Origin: Candidatus Micrarchaeota archaeon
GTDB taxonomy: Archaea > Micrarchaeota > Micrarchaeia > Norongarragalinales > SBBD01
Assembly (NCBI GenBank): GCA_043806595.1
Contig: JAZDGU010000015.1
Coordinates: forward strand, 1-32,555
Length of the DNA: 32,555 nucleotides
Direction: 5' to 3'
Shown piece by piece: positions 10,446-18,431 of this stretch (positions within the stretch are counted from its first letter, which is position 1; each line of letters starts with the position of its first letter). A program made the translations under genes and the position numbers. Below the pieces are notes generated by a model. It saw nothing but the letters and a program-made list of their open reading frames with translations. It was not told where the DNA came from and made no database searches.

Positions 10446-10515
10446 AGCTTTCCCGACCCCAAACTGGGTTCTTGTCTGCCGTAAAATCAGCGACCAGATT
10501 GATGGGACGCCAAGT

Positions 10516-10523
10516 TATTTAAA
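10516..10523 (-). promoter_or_regulatory. TATA box (TTTAAATA) for rpl10e-ef1b
   Basis: Consensus archaeal TATA on the minus strand, about 70 nt upstream of ATG 10445. Confidence 0.65.
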
Positions 10524-10525
10524 GG

Positions 10526-11023
10526 CTACAGCCCGGACTTCCACGAGTTCCTCCAGAGCTGGAAGAATACGAGGACGATGGAGCCCACGATGCCCGCCGC
10601 GTAGACCTCGGCGATGGGCGCCCCGGGGGCCATTCCGAGCATGGGGTTGGCCTGCGAGAACGGCGCGAGCGGCGTCATGTCCGCGTAAAGGAACGAGTCG
10701 GAGAACACGTGCAGCCATGCCGCGAACAGCGACGTCCCCACGATCCCGCGGTTGCCCGTCTTCTCCTGCGCGAATCCGAGCCGGCGCATGAACCTGTCGA
10801 CGGGCCTGCGCGCAAGCACGAGCGCTGCCGCGATGGCGAGGGCCATGATGCCCGCGCCGAGGTAGGTGTGGAGGAACGCGTGCAGCGGTTGGCCGGTGAG
10901 CAGCCCCCAGAGGCCCTCGGCGTCGCCTGCGACGGATGAGAGCGCGAGCGCCGGCAGGTAGAACACCGCTGGCAGCAGCAGCCCGAACGCGAGCGCGCCC
11001 CAGTGCAACGGCGTTAAAGGCAT
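10526..11023 (-). CDS. Membrane-bound metal-dependent hydrolase-like protein
   Basis: MPLTPLH, D, LHAFLHT, WLHVFSDSFLYADMTPLAP His/Asp pattern with transmembrane helices. Confidence 0.75.
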   Translation of the reverse strand: MPLTPLHWGALAFGLLLPAVFYLPALALSSVAGDAEGLWGLLTGQPLHAFLHTYLGAGIMALAIAAALVLARRPVDRFMRRLGFAQEKTGNRGIVGTSLFAAWLHVFSDSFLYADMTPLAPFSQANPMLGMAPGAPIAEVYAAGIVGSIVLVFFQLWRNSWKSGL

Positions 11024-11029
11024 TTCCCG

Positions 11030-11830
11030 CTACCTGCCCGCCATGGCGGAATTGATCTTCTTCCTGTACTCCAGCGCGGCCTTCGCCGGATCGTCGGAGT
11101 AGATGAGCGAGCGGCCGACGTTCACAAGCACATTCTCCCCCGCCTTTGCGGCCGCTTCCAATCCTCCGCCCTGCCTGCCCACGCCCGGGATGAGTATAGT
11201 CATTTCCTTGCCGATAATTTCCCTGATCTCGGCGAGCTCGCCCGCTTCGCTTGTCGCTCCCGCGACGACGCCGTCCGCGCCCGCCCTCGCGGCCTCCGAG
11301 CATATCCATTCATACCCCGGGCGGTTGTCGATGATGGAGTCGCGCATGAATATTCTGGCTTCCGGGTTGCTCATGAGCGCGAGCACGAGGACGCCTAGCC
11401 CGGCCTTGTGCGCGAACCCGGCGGTCTCCGCGATGTTGCCTGCGAACGGCGAGAACGTGAACGCGTCGAAGCCCGCCTTCCTGATCCAGTACGCCGCGGA
11501 CTCGTTGGAGCTCCCGATGTCGGAGAGCTTGAGGTCGTAGATGCTGACGCACCCCGCGTCCGCGATTTTCCTGTTGAGCCTCTGGAGCTGCTGGAGCGAG
11601 AACGGCATGACGTATTGGGCGTTGGCCTTGTACGCCAGCGCGCCCGCCGAGGTCTTCTCAACGATGTCGAGGCAGAACTCTAGCATCCCGGCGACCTCGT
11701 CGTTGCGCTCGAAATATCCTCGGGGGATGGAGTCCTCCTCCTTGAAGAATATGCTCGCGGGGTCCAGCCCGACGCAAAGCGCGCTTTCCCTCCTCTTCCT
11801 TGCCTGTGCTAGCTTCTCGAGGAATCCCAT
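11030..11830 (-). CDS. pyrF: Orotidine 5'-phosphate decarboxylase
   Basis: LCVGLDP, AYK, DLKLSDIG (DxKxxD), MSNP, GAT, LIPGVGRQGG, NVGRSLIY. Confidence 0.93.
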   Translation of the reverse strand: MGFLEKLAQARKRRESALCVGLDPASIFFKEEDSIPRGYFERNDEVAGMLEFCLDIVEKTSAGALAYKANAQYVMPFSLQQLQRLNRKIADAGCVSIYDLKLSDIGSSNESAAYWIRKAGFDAFTFSPFAGNIAETAGFAHKAGLGVLVLALMSNPEARIFMRDSIIDNRPGYEWICSEAARAGADGVVAGATSEAGELAEIREIIGKEMTILIPGVGRQGGGLEAAAKAGENVLVNVGRSLIYSDDPAKAALEYRKKINSAMAGR

Positions 11831-11834
11831 GCGC

Positions 11835-12503
11835 TCATCCCCTCGCTTTTTCCACAAACGATTTGCGTTCAGCGTCGGTTTTCAGGCCGTAGAAAGCGCT
11901 TCCGGCGACTAGCGAGTCCGCGCCCGCCTCCCTTGTGAGAGCGGCCGTCTCCAGGTTGATGCCGCCGTCGACCTGCAGCCTGCACCGCGGGTTGATGCGG
12001 TCTATGATCTTCCGCGCGTGCTCGATTTTCGGGATTACGGAGCGCATGAAGACCTGCCCCCCGAAGCCCGGCTCGACGGTCATGATTAGCACGTAGTCGA
12101 GCTTGCCCGCCACCCCCTCGAGCCCCTTGAGCGGCGTTCCCGGCCGGTACGCGAGTCCCGCGCCCTTCCCGAGCAGGCGAATCTTGCCGATGATTTTCTC
12201 CGCCTCGGAATATCCGTCGCAGGCCTCGATGTGGAACGTGATGTTGTCCGCGCCGGCCCTCGCGAACTGGTCTATCCAGCTGTACGGCTTCTCTATCATC
12301 AGGTGCGCGTCGAGGAATAGCTTCGTCCGCGGGCGCATGGATTCGACGAGCCGCCAGCCGAAGGTGAGGTTCGGGACGAAGTGCAGGTCCATGGCATCCA
12401 GCTGGACGCCTTCGGCGCCGGCGCGTTCCGCGGCCGTGAGCGCCGAGCCGAAGTCGGCGAAGTCGGCGGCCAGCAGCGAAGGGAATACCTGTATCTTCCT
12501 CAT
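11835..12503 (-). CDS. rpe: Ribulose-phosphate 3-epimerase
   Basis: PSLLAADF, DAMDLHFVPNLTFG, DAHLMI, ITFHIE, LIMTVEPGFGGQ, QVDGGIN, LVAGSA. Start ATG 12503 lies about 11 nt downstream of a TTAAA and may extend to 12536. Confidence 0.95.
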   Translation of the reverse strand: MRKIQVFPSLLAADFADFGSALTAAERAGAEGVQLDAMDLHFVPNLTFGWRLVESMRPRTKLFLDAHLMIEKPYSWIDQFARAGADNITFHIEACDGYSEAEKIIGKIRLLGKGAGLAYRPGTPLKGLEGVAGKLDYVLIMTVEPGFGGQVFMRSVIPKIEHARKIIDRINPRCRLQVDGGINLETAALTREAGADSLVAGSAFYGLKTDAERKSFVEKARG

Positions 12504-12543
12504 AGAGTCTGCCCCTTTAAGGAGTTTCCCCGCCACGGATATT

Positions 12544-13518
12544 TTAATTGATAGCCTGCGGCTGGATTACCCTGCGGCACGCCGCCGGCTCTTCGAACTG
12601 GAACGCGAGGAAGAGCTTGAGGTATCCCACGTACGGCAGGCGCGCGATCACCTTCCCCATTACCTGCCCTTCCTCGGGCGGGCTCGTGATTATCCCCTCT
12701 ATGTCGGTTACGGGGTTGTTGTCGCCCTTGGTAAGGTAGTATGTCTTTCCGTCATAGTTGAGCTTGAGCACGGCCCGGTGCACGATGAGCCCGATGTCCG
12801 GCCTGGACAGCGGGGAATAGACTATGATATCCGACGTTTTCCCGAACGAGTACTGTGAGCCGCCGGCCCTCACGCCCGTCGTGCAGAGCGTGTTGAATTC
12901 CGCGCCGCTCTTCGTGTCCCGCACCACGCACAGGTCCTTGATGAAGTCCGAAGACGTGAGGGGCTGCGTCAGCTCCGCGACCGGCGCGTTTATGCTTCCG
13001 CCGTGAAGGATGATGAGGTCCCCGCGGTCGAGGTTGGGGACCATCGAGCAGGAGGTCACGACGTCCAGCGGCGTCGGCGTGTTGAGCAGGAATCCGAGCG
13101 TCAGCCACGCGAAGAGAGCGGCGAAGAACGCCGTGTCCAGCTCCGCCACCGAGCTCGCAAGCGAGTCCCCCGCAAGCTTGAGTTGCCTTGCCGCGAGTGT
13201 GCCCCCGTTGAGCGCGAAGAGAAGCAGCGAGAACAGTTGTATGATGTCCGAGGAGAAGTACGCCACCGCGAGCGAAAGCAGCGCCGACCCGGCCAGCAGC
13301 GTGCGTATGCGCATCCTCGCCCCCAGGAATTCCACGGACTCCTTGTATTCGCGCTTCTTGCTCGTGAAGAGGTCGCGCGCGAGCAGCGCCAGCAGGGCGG
13401 CCAGCCCCGCGATCCCCAGCAGCGGGTGCTTCGTGACCGCATAGAGCGCCACTATTGCTACAAGCGCTACCGTAAGCACCGCGTCCGTGGCGTTGAAATG
13501 ATTCTTAAGAACGTCCAT
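12544..13518 (-). CDS. Signal peptidase I (S26B, Sec11-type) with extended multi-TM N-terminus
   Basis: VVTSCSMVPNLDRGDL (catalytic Ser), IVHR (His), YLTKGDNN..D, GKV...LPYVGY. Confidence 0.88.
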   Translation of the reverse strand: MDVLKNHFNATDAVLTVALVAIVALYAVTKHPLLGIAGLAALLALLARDLFTSKKREYKESVEFLGARMRIRTLLAGSALLSLAVAYFSSDIIQLFSLLLFALNGGTLAARQLKLAGDSLASSVAELDTAFFAALFAWLTLGFLLNTPTPLDVVTSCSMVPNLDRGDLIILHGGSINAPVAELTQPLTSSDFIKDLCVVRDTKSGAEFNTLCTTGVRAGGSQYSFGKTSDIIVYSPLSRPDIGLIVHRAVLKLNYDGKTYYLTKGDNNPVTDIEGIITSPPEEGQVMGKVIARLPYVGYLKLFLAFQFEEPAACRRVIQPQAIN

Positions 13519-14044
13519 GCGACTCCCCTTCCGCGACCGCGGTCGCCACCAGGTGCGCCAGCCGCAGCCCGCCGGGGTAACCTCCTTTCAGCAGCCTTCC
13601 GGCCTCTTCAGGCCCGATGCCCATCGCCTGGAAGAACGTGTTCCCCGCGGAATGGTTTTCCCCGGCGTTTTCCAGAAGCACGAGCTTGCGTCTTAATAAC
13701 CTTTTGTCGTCGTGCGCCGCGGCGAGGGCCTTTCCCATGGCGCCGTCAGAAGGCCTGCGGCGCACCACCCCGACCCAAGGCACGCCGAGCTCCCCCACGA
13801 TCTTGCGCACGTCCAGCAGGTTCAGCCCGCCGAACGTCACGCCGTTCGTCACGATGATTTTCGCGTGTCCCGCAAACCTGGATTTCTCCACCGCCGCGAT
13901 GAGCTCGTCCGCGGAGTCCGTGCCGTCCCTGCGCACTCGGAACGTCAGCACCCCCTCGACCTCCTTGTCCCGCGTCATCACCCCGACGCACAGCACCCTT
14001 CCGAGCGCGTCCGGCGGCGAGTCGTCGATGCAAAGAATCCTCAT
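13505..14044 (-). CDS. DUF99/UPF0215 family protein (endonuclease V-like fold)
   Basis: RILCIDDSP, VRRDGTDS, GVTFGGLN.LD, P.GLRLAHLVA. Confidence 0.85.
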   Translation of the reverse strand: MRILCIDDSPPDALGRVLCVGVMTRDKEVEGVLTFRVRRDGTDSADELIAAVEKSRFAGHAKIIVTNGVTFGGLNLLDVRKIVGELGVPWVGVVRRRPSDGAMGKALAAAHDDKRLLRRKLVLLENAGENHSAGNTFFQAMGIGPEEAGRLLKGGYPGGLRLAHLVATAVAEGESHGRS

Positions 14045-14078
14045 CCTGTCCCACCGCTATCCAGCAGCCAACGAATAC

Positions 14079-14087
14079 TTTTAAATA
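14079..14087. promoter_or_regulatory. TATA box (TTTTAAATA), possibly bidirectional, for rps15 and DUF99
   Basis: Consensus TATA between divergent genes. Confidence 0.6.
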
Positions 14088-14177
14088 CCTTTAGAGCGCA
14101 ATAGATTCCGCTCTGCTTTTAGCTAGCGCAGTCAATGCGGCAGCCTCGTCTTTCGAAGGCCGCCAGAAGGTCATTTG

Positions 14178-14630
14178 ATGGCAAGAATGCACACCAGAAG
14201 GCGCGGAAGGTCGGCTTCCCACAAGCCAGCGCGCTCCACGGCCTCGCTGTGGGTCCAGCACTCGAAGGAGGACGTCATGGCCGTCATTGAGACGCTCGCG
14301 AAGTCGGGGAAGGCCGAGGCCGAGATCGGGCTCGTGCTCCGCGACCTCTACGGCGTGCCGAGCGTGAAGTCGCTGACTGGCAAGACCGTATCGCAGCTTC
14401 TCGCGGAGAGTAAGCTCGCCTCGAAGTTCCCCTCCGATTTGATTTTCCTCATCAAGCGCGCCGTGCGCATGCGCAAGCACCTCTCCTCGTTCAAGAAGGA
14501 CGTCGGCAACCGCTCGAAGCTCGCGCACGTCGAGTCCAAGATCCGCAGGCTGGTGAAGTACTACCGCGGGAACAAGCTGCCGGCGGACTGGACGTACGAC
14601 CCCGAGACCGCGGCGCTGCTGGTGAAATAG
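14178..14630 (+). CDS. rps15: 30S ribosomal protein uS15 (S15P/S13e)
   Basis: MARMHTRRRGRSAS, IGLVLRDLYGVP, P.DL..LIKRAV.MRKHL, ESKIRRLVKYY, LPADW.Y. Confidence 0.97.
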   Translation: MARMHTRRRGRSASHKPARSTASLWVQHSKEDVMAVIETLAKSGKAEAEIGLVLRDLYGVPSVKSLTGKTVSQLLAESKLASKFPSDLIFLIKRAVRMRKHLSSFKKDVGNRSKLAHVESKIRRLVKYYRGNKLPADWTYDPETAALLVK

Positions 14631-14631
14631 C

Positions 14632-15402
14632 ATGGCAGTCAAGAAGCTCGTCGACACGTGGAAGTCCAAGTCTTGGTATTCCATCCGCGCGCCCAAGTTC
14701 CTCAACGAGGTCGAGGTCGCGCAGGTGCCCGCGCTCGACGACGAGCACATGATGGACCGCATAATCAAGATTCCCTTGAAGGACGTCACCAAGGACCTCT
14801 CGCACGTCTACACCACCATCAAGCTGCGCGTGAGCGAGATAAAGGGCAAGACCGCGTACGCGAAGTTCATCGGCCACGAGGTCTCGCGCGAATATCTTCA
14901 CGCTCTCGTCCGCCGGCGCATGGACGCGCTCAACGTCGTCGTGTGGGTGACTTCCAAGGACGGAGTCGAGTTCAAGGTCAAGGCGGTTGCTCTTACGGGC
15001 GTCTCGTGCAGCGGCACTCAGAAGACCGCCTTGCGCGTCGCGCTGCTCGCGGAAATCCGCAGGCGCGCGGCAGCCAAGGAGTTCGGGCAGTTCATCTACG
15101 ACACGCTCTTCGGCAAGACCGCGGCGGAGCTGTTCAAGGTCCTCAAGAAGATTGCCCCGCTGAAACGCGTCGAGGTCCGCAAGACCGAGCTGAAGGAGGT
15201 CTTCGACGTCGAGGCGTCCGCCATCGACAAGGAAGCCAAGCTCGAGGGCGAGGAGGGCGAAGAAGCCCCCGCCGCTCCATCGGAAGGAGGCTCCGCGTCG
15301 CTTCCCGCGTCGCCTGAATCCGGGCCGACGGAAGAGGAGGGCGGCGCGCCAGCGGCTCCGGCGCCGGAGGCCGAGCCGGAAGCCAAGCCCGCAGGCGCCT
15401 AG
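14632..15402 (+). CDS. rps3ae: 30S ribosomal protein eS1 (S3Ae) with acidic Pro/Ala/Glu tail
   Basis: DTWKSKSWYSIRAPKF, F.GHEVSREY...LVRRR, KDG, KKIAPLKRVEVRK. Confidence 0.95.
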   Translation: MAVKKLVDTWKSKSWYSIRAPKFLNEVEVAQVPALDDEHMMDRIIKIPLKDVTKDLSHVYTTIKLRVSEIKGKTAYAKFIGHEVSREYLHALVRRRMDALNVVVWVTSKDGVEFKVKAVALTGVSCSGTQKTALRVALLAEIRRRAAAKEFGQFIYDTLFGKTAAELFKVLKKIAPLKRVEVRKTELKEVFDVEASAIDKEAKLEGEEGEEAPAAPSEGGSASLPASPESGPTEEEGGAPAAPAPEAEPEAKPAGA

Positions 15403-16097
15403 TTACGTGACATTTTTTTCTTCATCGCATTGAGCGCCGCGAAGAGGGCCTGCGCCTCGTCGTCCGCCGGACGCGAGCGCGCGAGCACGTTCTTGAACGC
15501 CTTGCCGACCTTCCTCTTGTCGTGCACTTCCGGAAGCCCTGCGATTATTGAATCGAACATCCGCGCCAGCTGCAGCGTCTTGGCCCTTTCCGCGAGGCGG
15601 TAGTGCCTCACGCCTTTTTTTTCCGCGGACAGCGCGTACAGCATCACCGCCACGGAGTGCGAGAGGTTCATCACGGGATACCGCTTGCTTGCGGGGATGC
15701 TGCATACCGCGTCGCAGCCGTCGAATTCCTTTTCCGTGAGCCCGACGCCCTCGCTGCCGAAAACTAATGCCACCTTATCTTCATCGCCGATTTTGCCCGC
15801 GAGTTCCTTGGGCGTCATGCAGTTCTTGATTCCCCTGCGGAACCTTCCGACGACGCCCGTGGTGCCTACGACGAGGCCGCAGCCCCTGCAGGCGACCGCG
15901 ATGGTTTTCTCTGTCTTCGCTTTTTCGAGGATGTCCGCCGCGTGCTTGGCCATGCGGATCGCCTCGCGGTCGCTGGGCCTTGCCCGCGGGTTGACGAGCA
16001 CGAGTTCGCTTGCGCCGAAGTTCTTCATCGCCCTCGCGATGCTCCCAAGGTTCCCGGAATACAGCGGGCGCGCGACGACGACGCGGAACGACGGCAT
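15399..16097 (-). CDS. trmJ: tRNA (cytidine/uridine-2'-O)-methyltransferase, TrmJ/SPOUT family
   Basis: VVVARPLYSGNLGSIARAMKNFG, VVGTT, ALVFGSEGVGL, IPA...YPVMNLSHSV. TTTAAAAA about 25 nt upstream of ATG 16097. Confidence 0.9.
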   Translation of the reverse strand: MPSFRVVVARPLYSGNLGSIARAMKNFGASELVLVNPRARPSDREAIRMAKHAADILEKAKTEKTIAVACRGCGLVVGTTGVVGRFRRGIKNCMTPKELAGKIGDEDKVALVFGSEGVGLTEKEFDGCDAVCSIPASKRYPVMNLSHSVAVMLYALSAEKKGVRHYRLAERAKTLQLARMFDSIIAGLPEVHDKRKVGKAFKNVLARSRPADDEAQALFAALNAMKKKMSRN

Positions 16098-16151
16098 GTT
16101 TCTGGGTATGTCCAGCAACCATTTTTAAACCGAGGGAGGGTTATTGTGCAC

Positions 16152-17417
16152 ATGCGCTTGTTCGTGCTGGCGCTGCTGCTCGCGGCGCTTCCCTTCCTCC
16201 CCCAGGCGATTTCCAGCGAGCAGGCGAAGGCCGTCGCGGAGAGGTACCTGCTGAAGGGCGAGGTCGCGGTGATCGGCCAGTACAACCCCATCGAAGACGG
16301 AAGCGAACGCTTCTGGCTCATCTACCTGGCCCCGCAGGACTCCCCTCAGACCAAGAACCTCATCGTACTCGTTCGCGAGGAGGGCGAGGCCGCGACGCTC
16401 GAGACGCGCGAGGACATGCTGACGCGGCTCTATTCCATAGACTTCGACGCCGACGTGATATCCTTCATCCATGGGCGCAAGTTCTCGTACGACGACTTGG
16501 AGAAGACGGTGCAGGCGGTCAAGGCGAAGCTTTCCGGGAACGCCCGCCCCGGGCTCGACCGCATCGAAGCCCAGCAGGACAGCTACCCGGGGTTGTCCTT
16601 CGACGAGATTTCGTCGCTGCTGACGGACCTGGAGGACGGCGCCGACCGCGCGCAGGAGACGATTACCGACGGCAGGGCGTACCAGACGACGTTCCTGCAG
16701 CTGTTCTTCGCAAGCGACCTCGGCATCGCGCTCGACTCGTACAACGGCACTTTCGACGAGCTTTCCGCGCTGGTTAGGAGCTCGGAGCTGTACCAGAAGG
16801 CGATCGACGGCAAGCAGCGCGAGGTTTCCACTGCGGGCCTCGACCTCGAAATCGCGAGCACGCTCTCCAAGTCCCTCGAGTCCATCAGGGACGTCGGCAT
16901 CGACAATACCTTCGAGACGTTCCTTTCCAGAAGCCGCAGGGACTACGAGGGCAGGATCGCCCACAAGGATTCGCAGGTCAACAACTCCGTCACCGGATTC
17001 CTCTTCCGCAAGTCGAAAGTCGAGGCGCAGGCGGCCTACGATTCGGCCTTCGACCGCCAGTATTCGCCGGACGCGCTCCTCAACCCGAAGTACGCCGCCG
17101 ACTTCGCCTCCTGCAAGCTTTCCACGCGCGAACTTCAGGGCAAGTGGCTGTCAATCAAGCAAGCCATGGGCTCGTCTTCGGCGTCAAGGGAGCAGTACGA
17201 GAAGATACCGTTCTCGGTCGCCGAGGCGAACGCGCTCGCCGACCAGCTTGGCACTTCCTTGGACCGGTGCCTCAACGCCCCGCCCTCGCCCACCCCCGTG
17301 CCGCCCAAGCAGACCGACTACACCACCCCGATTCTGGTCGTGGCATTCGTTGCGGTCGCCGCCTATTTCTTCCTGCGCATGAGGCAACAGCAGCGGCCCG
17401 CCGACGAGGAAGAATGA
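16152..17417 (+). CDS. Secreted, C-terminally anchored hypothetical protein (helical/coiled)
   Basis: Signal peptide MRLFVLALLLAALPFLPQA, long helical ectodomain, Pro/Thr linker, TM helix and basic tail. GAGGGAGG RBS upstream. Confidence 0.8.
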   Translation: MRLFVLALLLAALPFLPQAISSEQAKAVAERYLLKGEVAVIGQYNPIEDGSERFWLIYLAPQDSPQTKNLIVLVREEGEAATLETREDMLTRLYSIDFDADVISFIHGRKFSYDDLEKTVQAVKAKLSGNARPGLDRIEAQQDSYPGLSFDEISSLLTDLEDGADRAQETITDGRAYQTTFLQLFFASDLGIALDSYNGTFDELSALVRSSELYQKAIDGKQREVSTAGLDLEIASTLSKSLESIRDVGIDNTFETFLSRSRRDYEGRIAHKDSQVNNSVTGFLFRKSKVEAQAAYDSAFDRQYSPDALLNPKYAADFASCKLSTRELQGKWLSIKQAMGSSSASREQYEKIPFSVAEANALADQLGTSLDRCLNAPPSPTPVPPKQTDYTTPILVVAFVAVAAYFFLRMRQQQRPADEEE

Positions 17418-18114
17418 CCCCCTGACTTGGACGGCTGACGAATATTCTGGGTTAGACGCGCGTCCATTTCCGTGCCGCGGTGTGCCGGCGCAAGGTTCGG
17501 CTTCCGTCTAACTCCGCACGGGTTTTCCCCGGAAGATTTTTCAAAACTGCACCTTCCGAACGTGCCGCATGCGGTTCCGGCATACCCTCCCGCCGCAGGC
17601 CCCCGCGTTACCCGGTCCCGCGTCTGTCCCTTCCGCTGGCGTCTAACTTGTTTGTTCTGCATGGCCGGCGAGTTCCCGCGTGCCTTCCACTCCGCAATTC
17701 CATCTTTTTGCATGGCCTTGGGACGGCGCATTCCCTCGCGCATTCCCGAGGGGTTTGACTGCGGGCGCTTTTTCATAGCATGGAAGGGAACCCAGTTTTT
17801 GGGCATGAATGTTCCCGCCCCGGTGCGAGCTCGCGCGGATGCCGTATTTCCACAATGATTCCACATGCCTGTACCGCGTGAATCATATCGTCAGGCGTCA
17901 ATCCACGCCATTTTCCCCTTTTTTTCCATATACTATTTTTATTTTGCGTTCAACTCATGTTGTTGCAGCCATTAAGGCCGATGAAACTTCCGGGTTTGGT
18001 TTTGAAGTTTTTCCTTTTTTCCGGCAGTTTTTGTGACGAATGCACGGGCGTTGGAATATTGTCCAAAACCGGATATTTCCCCGTGATTAACTATTTCGTG
18101 TTTTAAAAATATTT

Positions 18115-18156
18115 TATCAAAAAATACCTCATATTAAAACAGGGTATTTTATGATA
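18115..18156. repeat. Inverted repeat, 14-bp arms (13/14 match) with 14-bp spacer
   Basis: TATCAAAAAATACC (18115-18128) and GGTATTTTATGATA (18143-18156). Confidence 0.8.
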
Positions 18157-18389
18157 TTTTTTCCTCTGAAATTGTGAATACTATTGTCTTATGCTTGAAT
18201 TTTATTCATTTTTCCCGTGGATTGCTGGTTATAGGGGGATTGATGTTGAAATTTCGGTTTTCATTTATTTTCATCGTTTTTTGAGCAAACGATTGAGCAA
18301 TAAAACCGCATTATTGAAAAATTTGGATTTTTTTCCATTTTTTCTTGATATTGAACAAATACTTGTTGAGATGCACGCAAATGCGAATG

Positions 18390-18397
18390 TTTAAATA
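18390..18397 (+). promoter_or_regulatory. TATA box (TTTAAATA) for the three-wHTH operon
   Basis: Consensus TATA about 35 nt before ATG 18432; GGAGTGG RBS-like sequence before the start. Confidence 0.65.
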
Positions 18398-18431
18398 TGC
18401 CTGGGCAGTTGGATGTTGGAGTGGCTGTACG

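Larger units (their letters stand above)
17418..18431. other. Large non-coding region (T-skewed, AT-rich 3' half), candidate replication origin or centromere-like control region
   Basis: The only ~1 kb gene-free gap in the window; overlapping ORFs lack coding character; contains several inverted and direct repeats. Confidence 0.5.

Noticed and set aside
17846..17865. DnaA-box-like TTTCCACA/ATTCCACA
   Set aside because: Imperfect matches in an archaeal context; kept only as generic repeats.
18115..18156. Xer/dif site
   Set aside because: Arm and spacer geometry and inner bases do not fit 11-6-11 with TTATA-type cores.
17363..18394. ORFs inside the large intergenic region (17363-17866, 17472-17858, 17809-18036, 18191-18394)
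   Set aside because: Phe/Pro/Arg-biased translations reflecting T tracts, with no GC3 bias or motifs.
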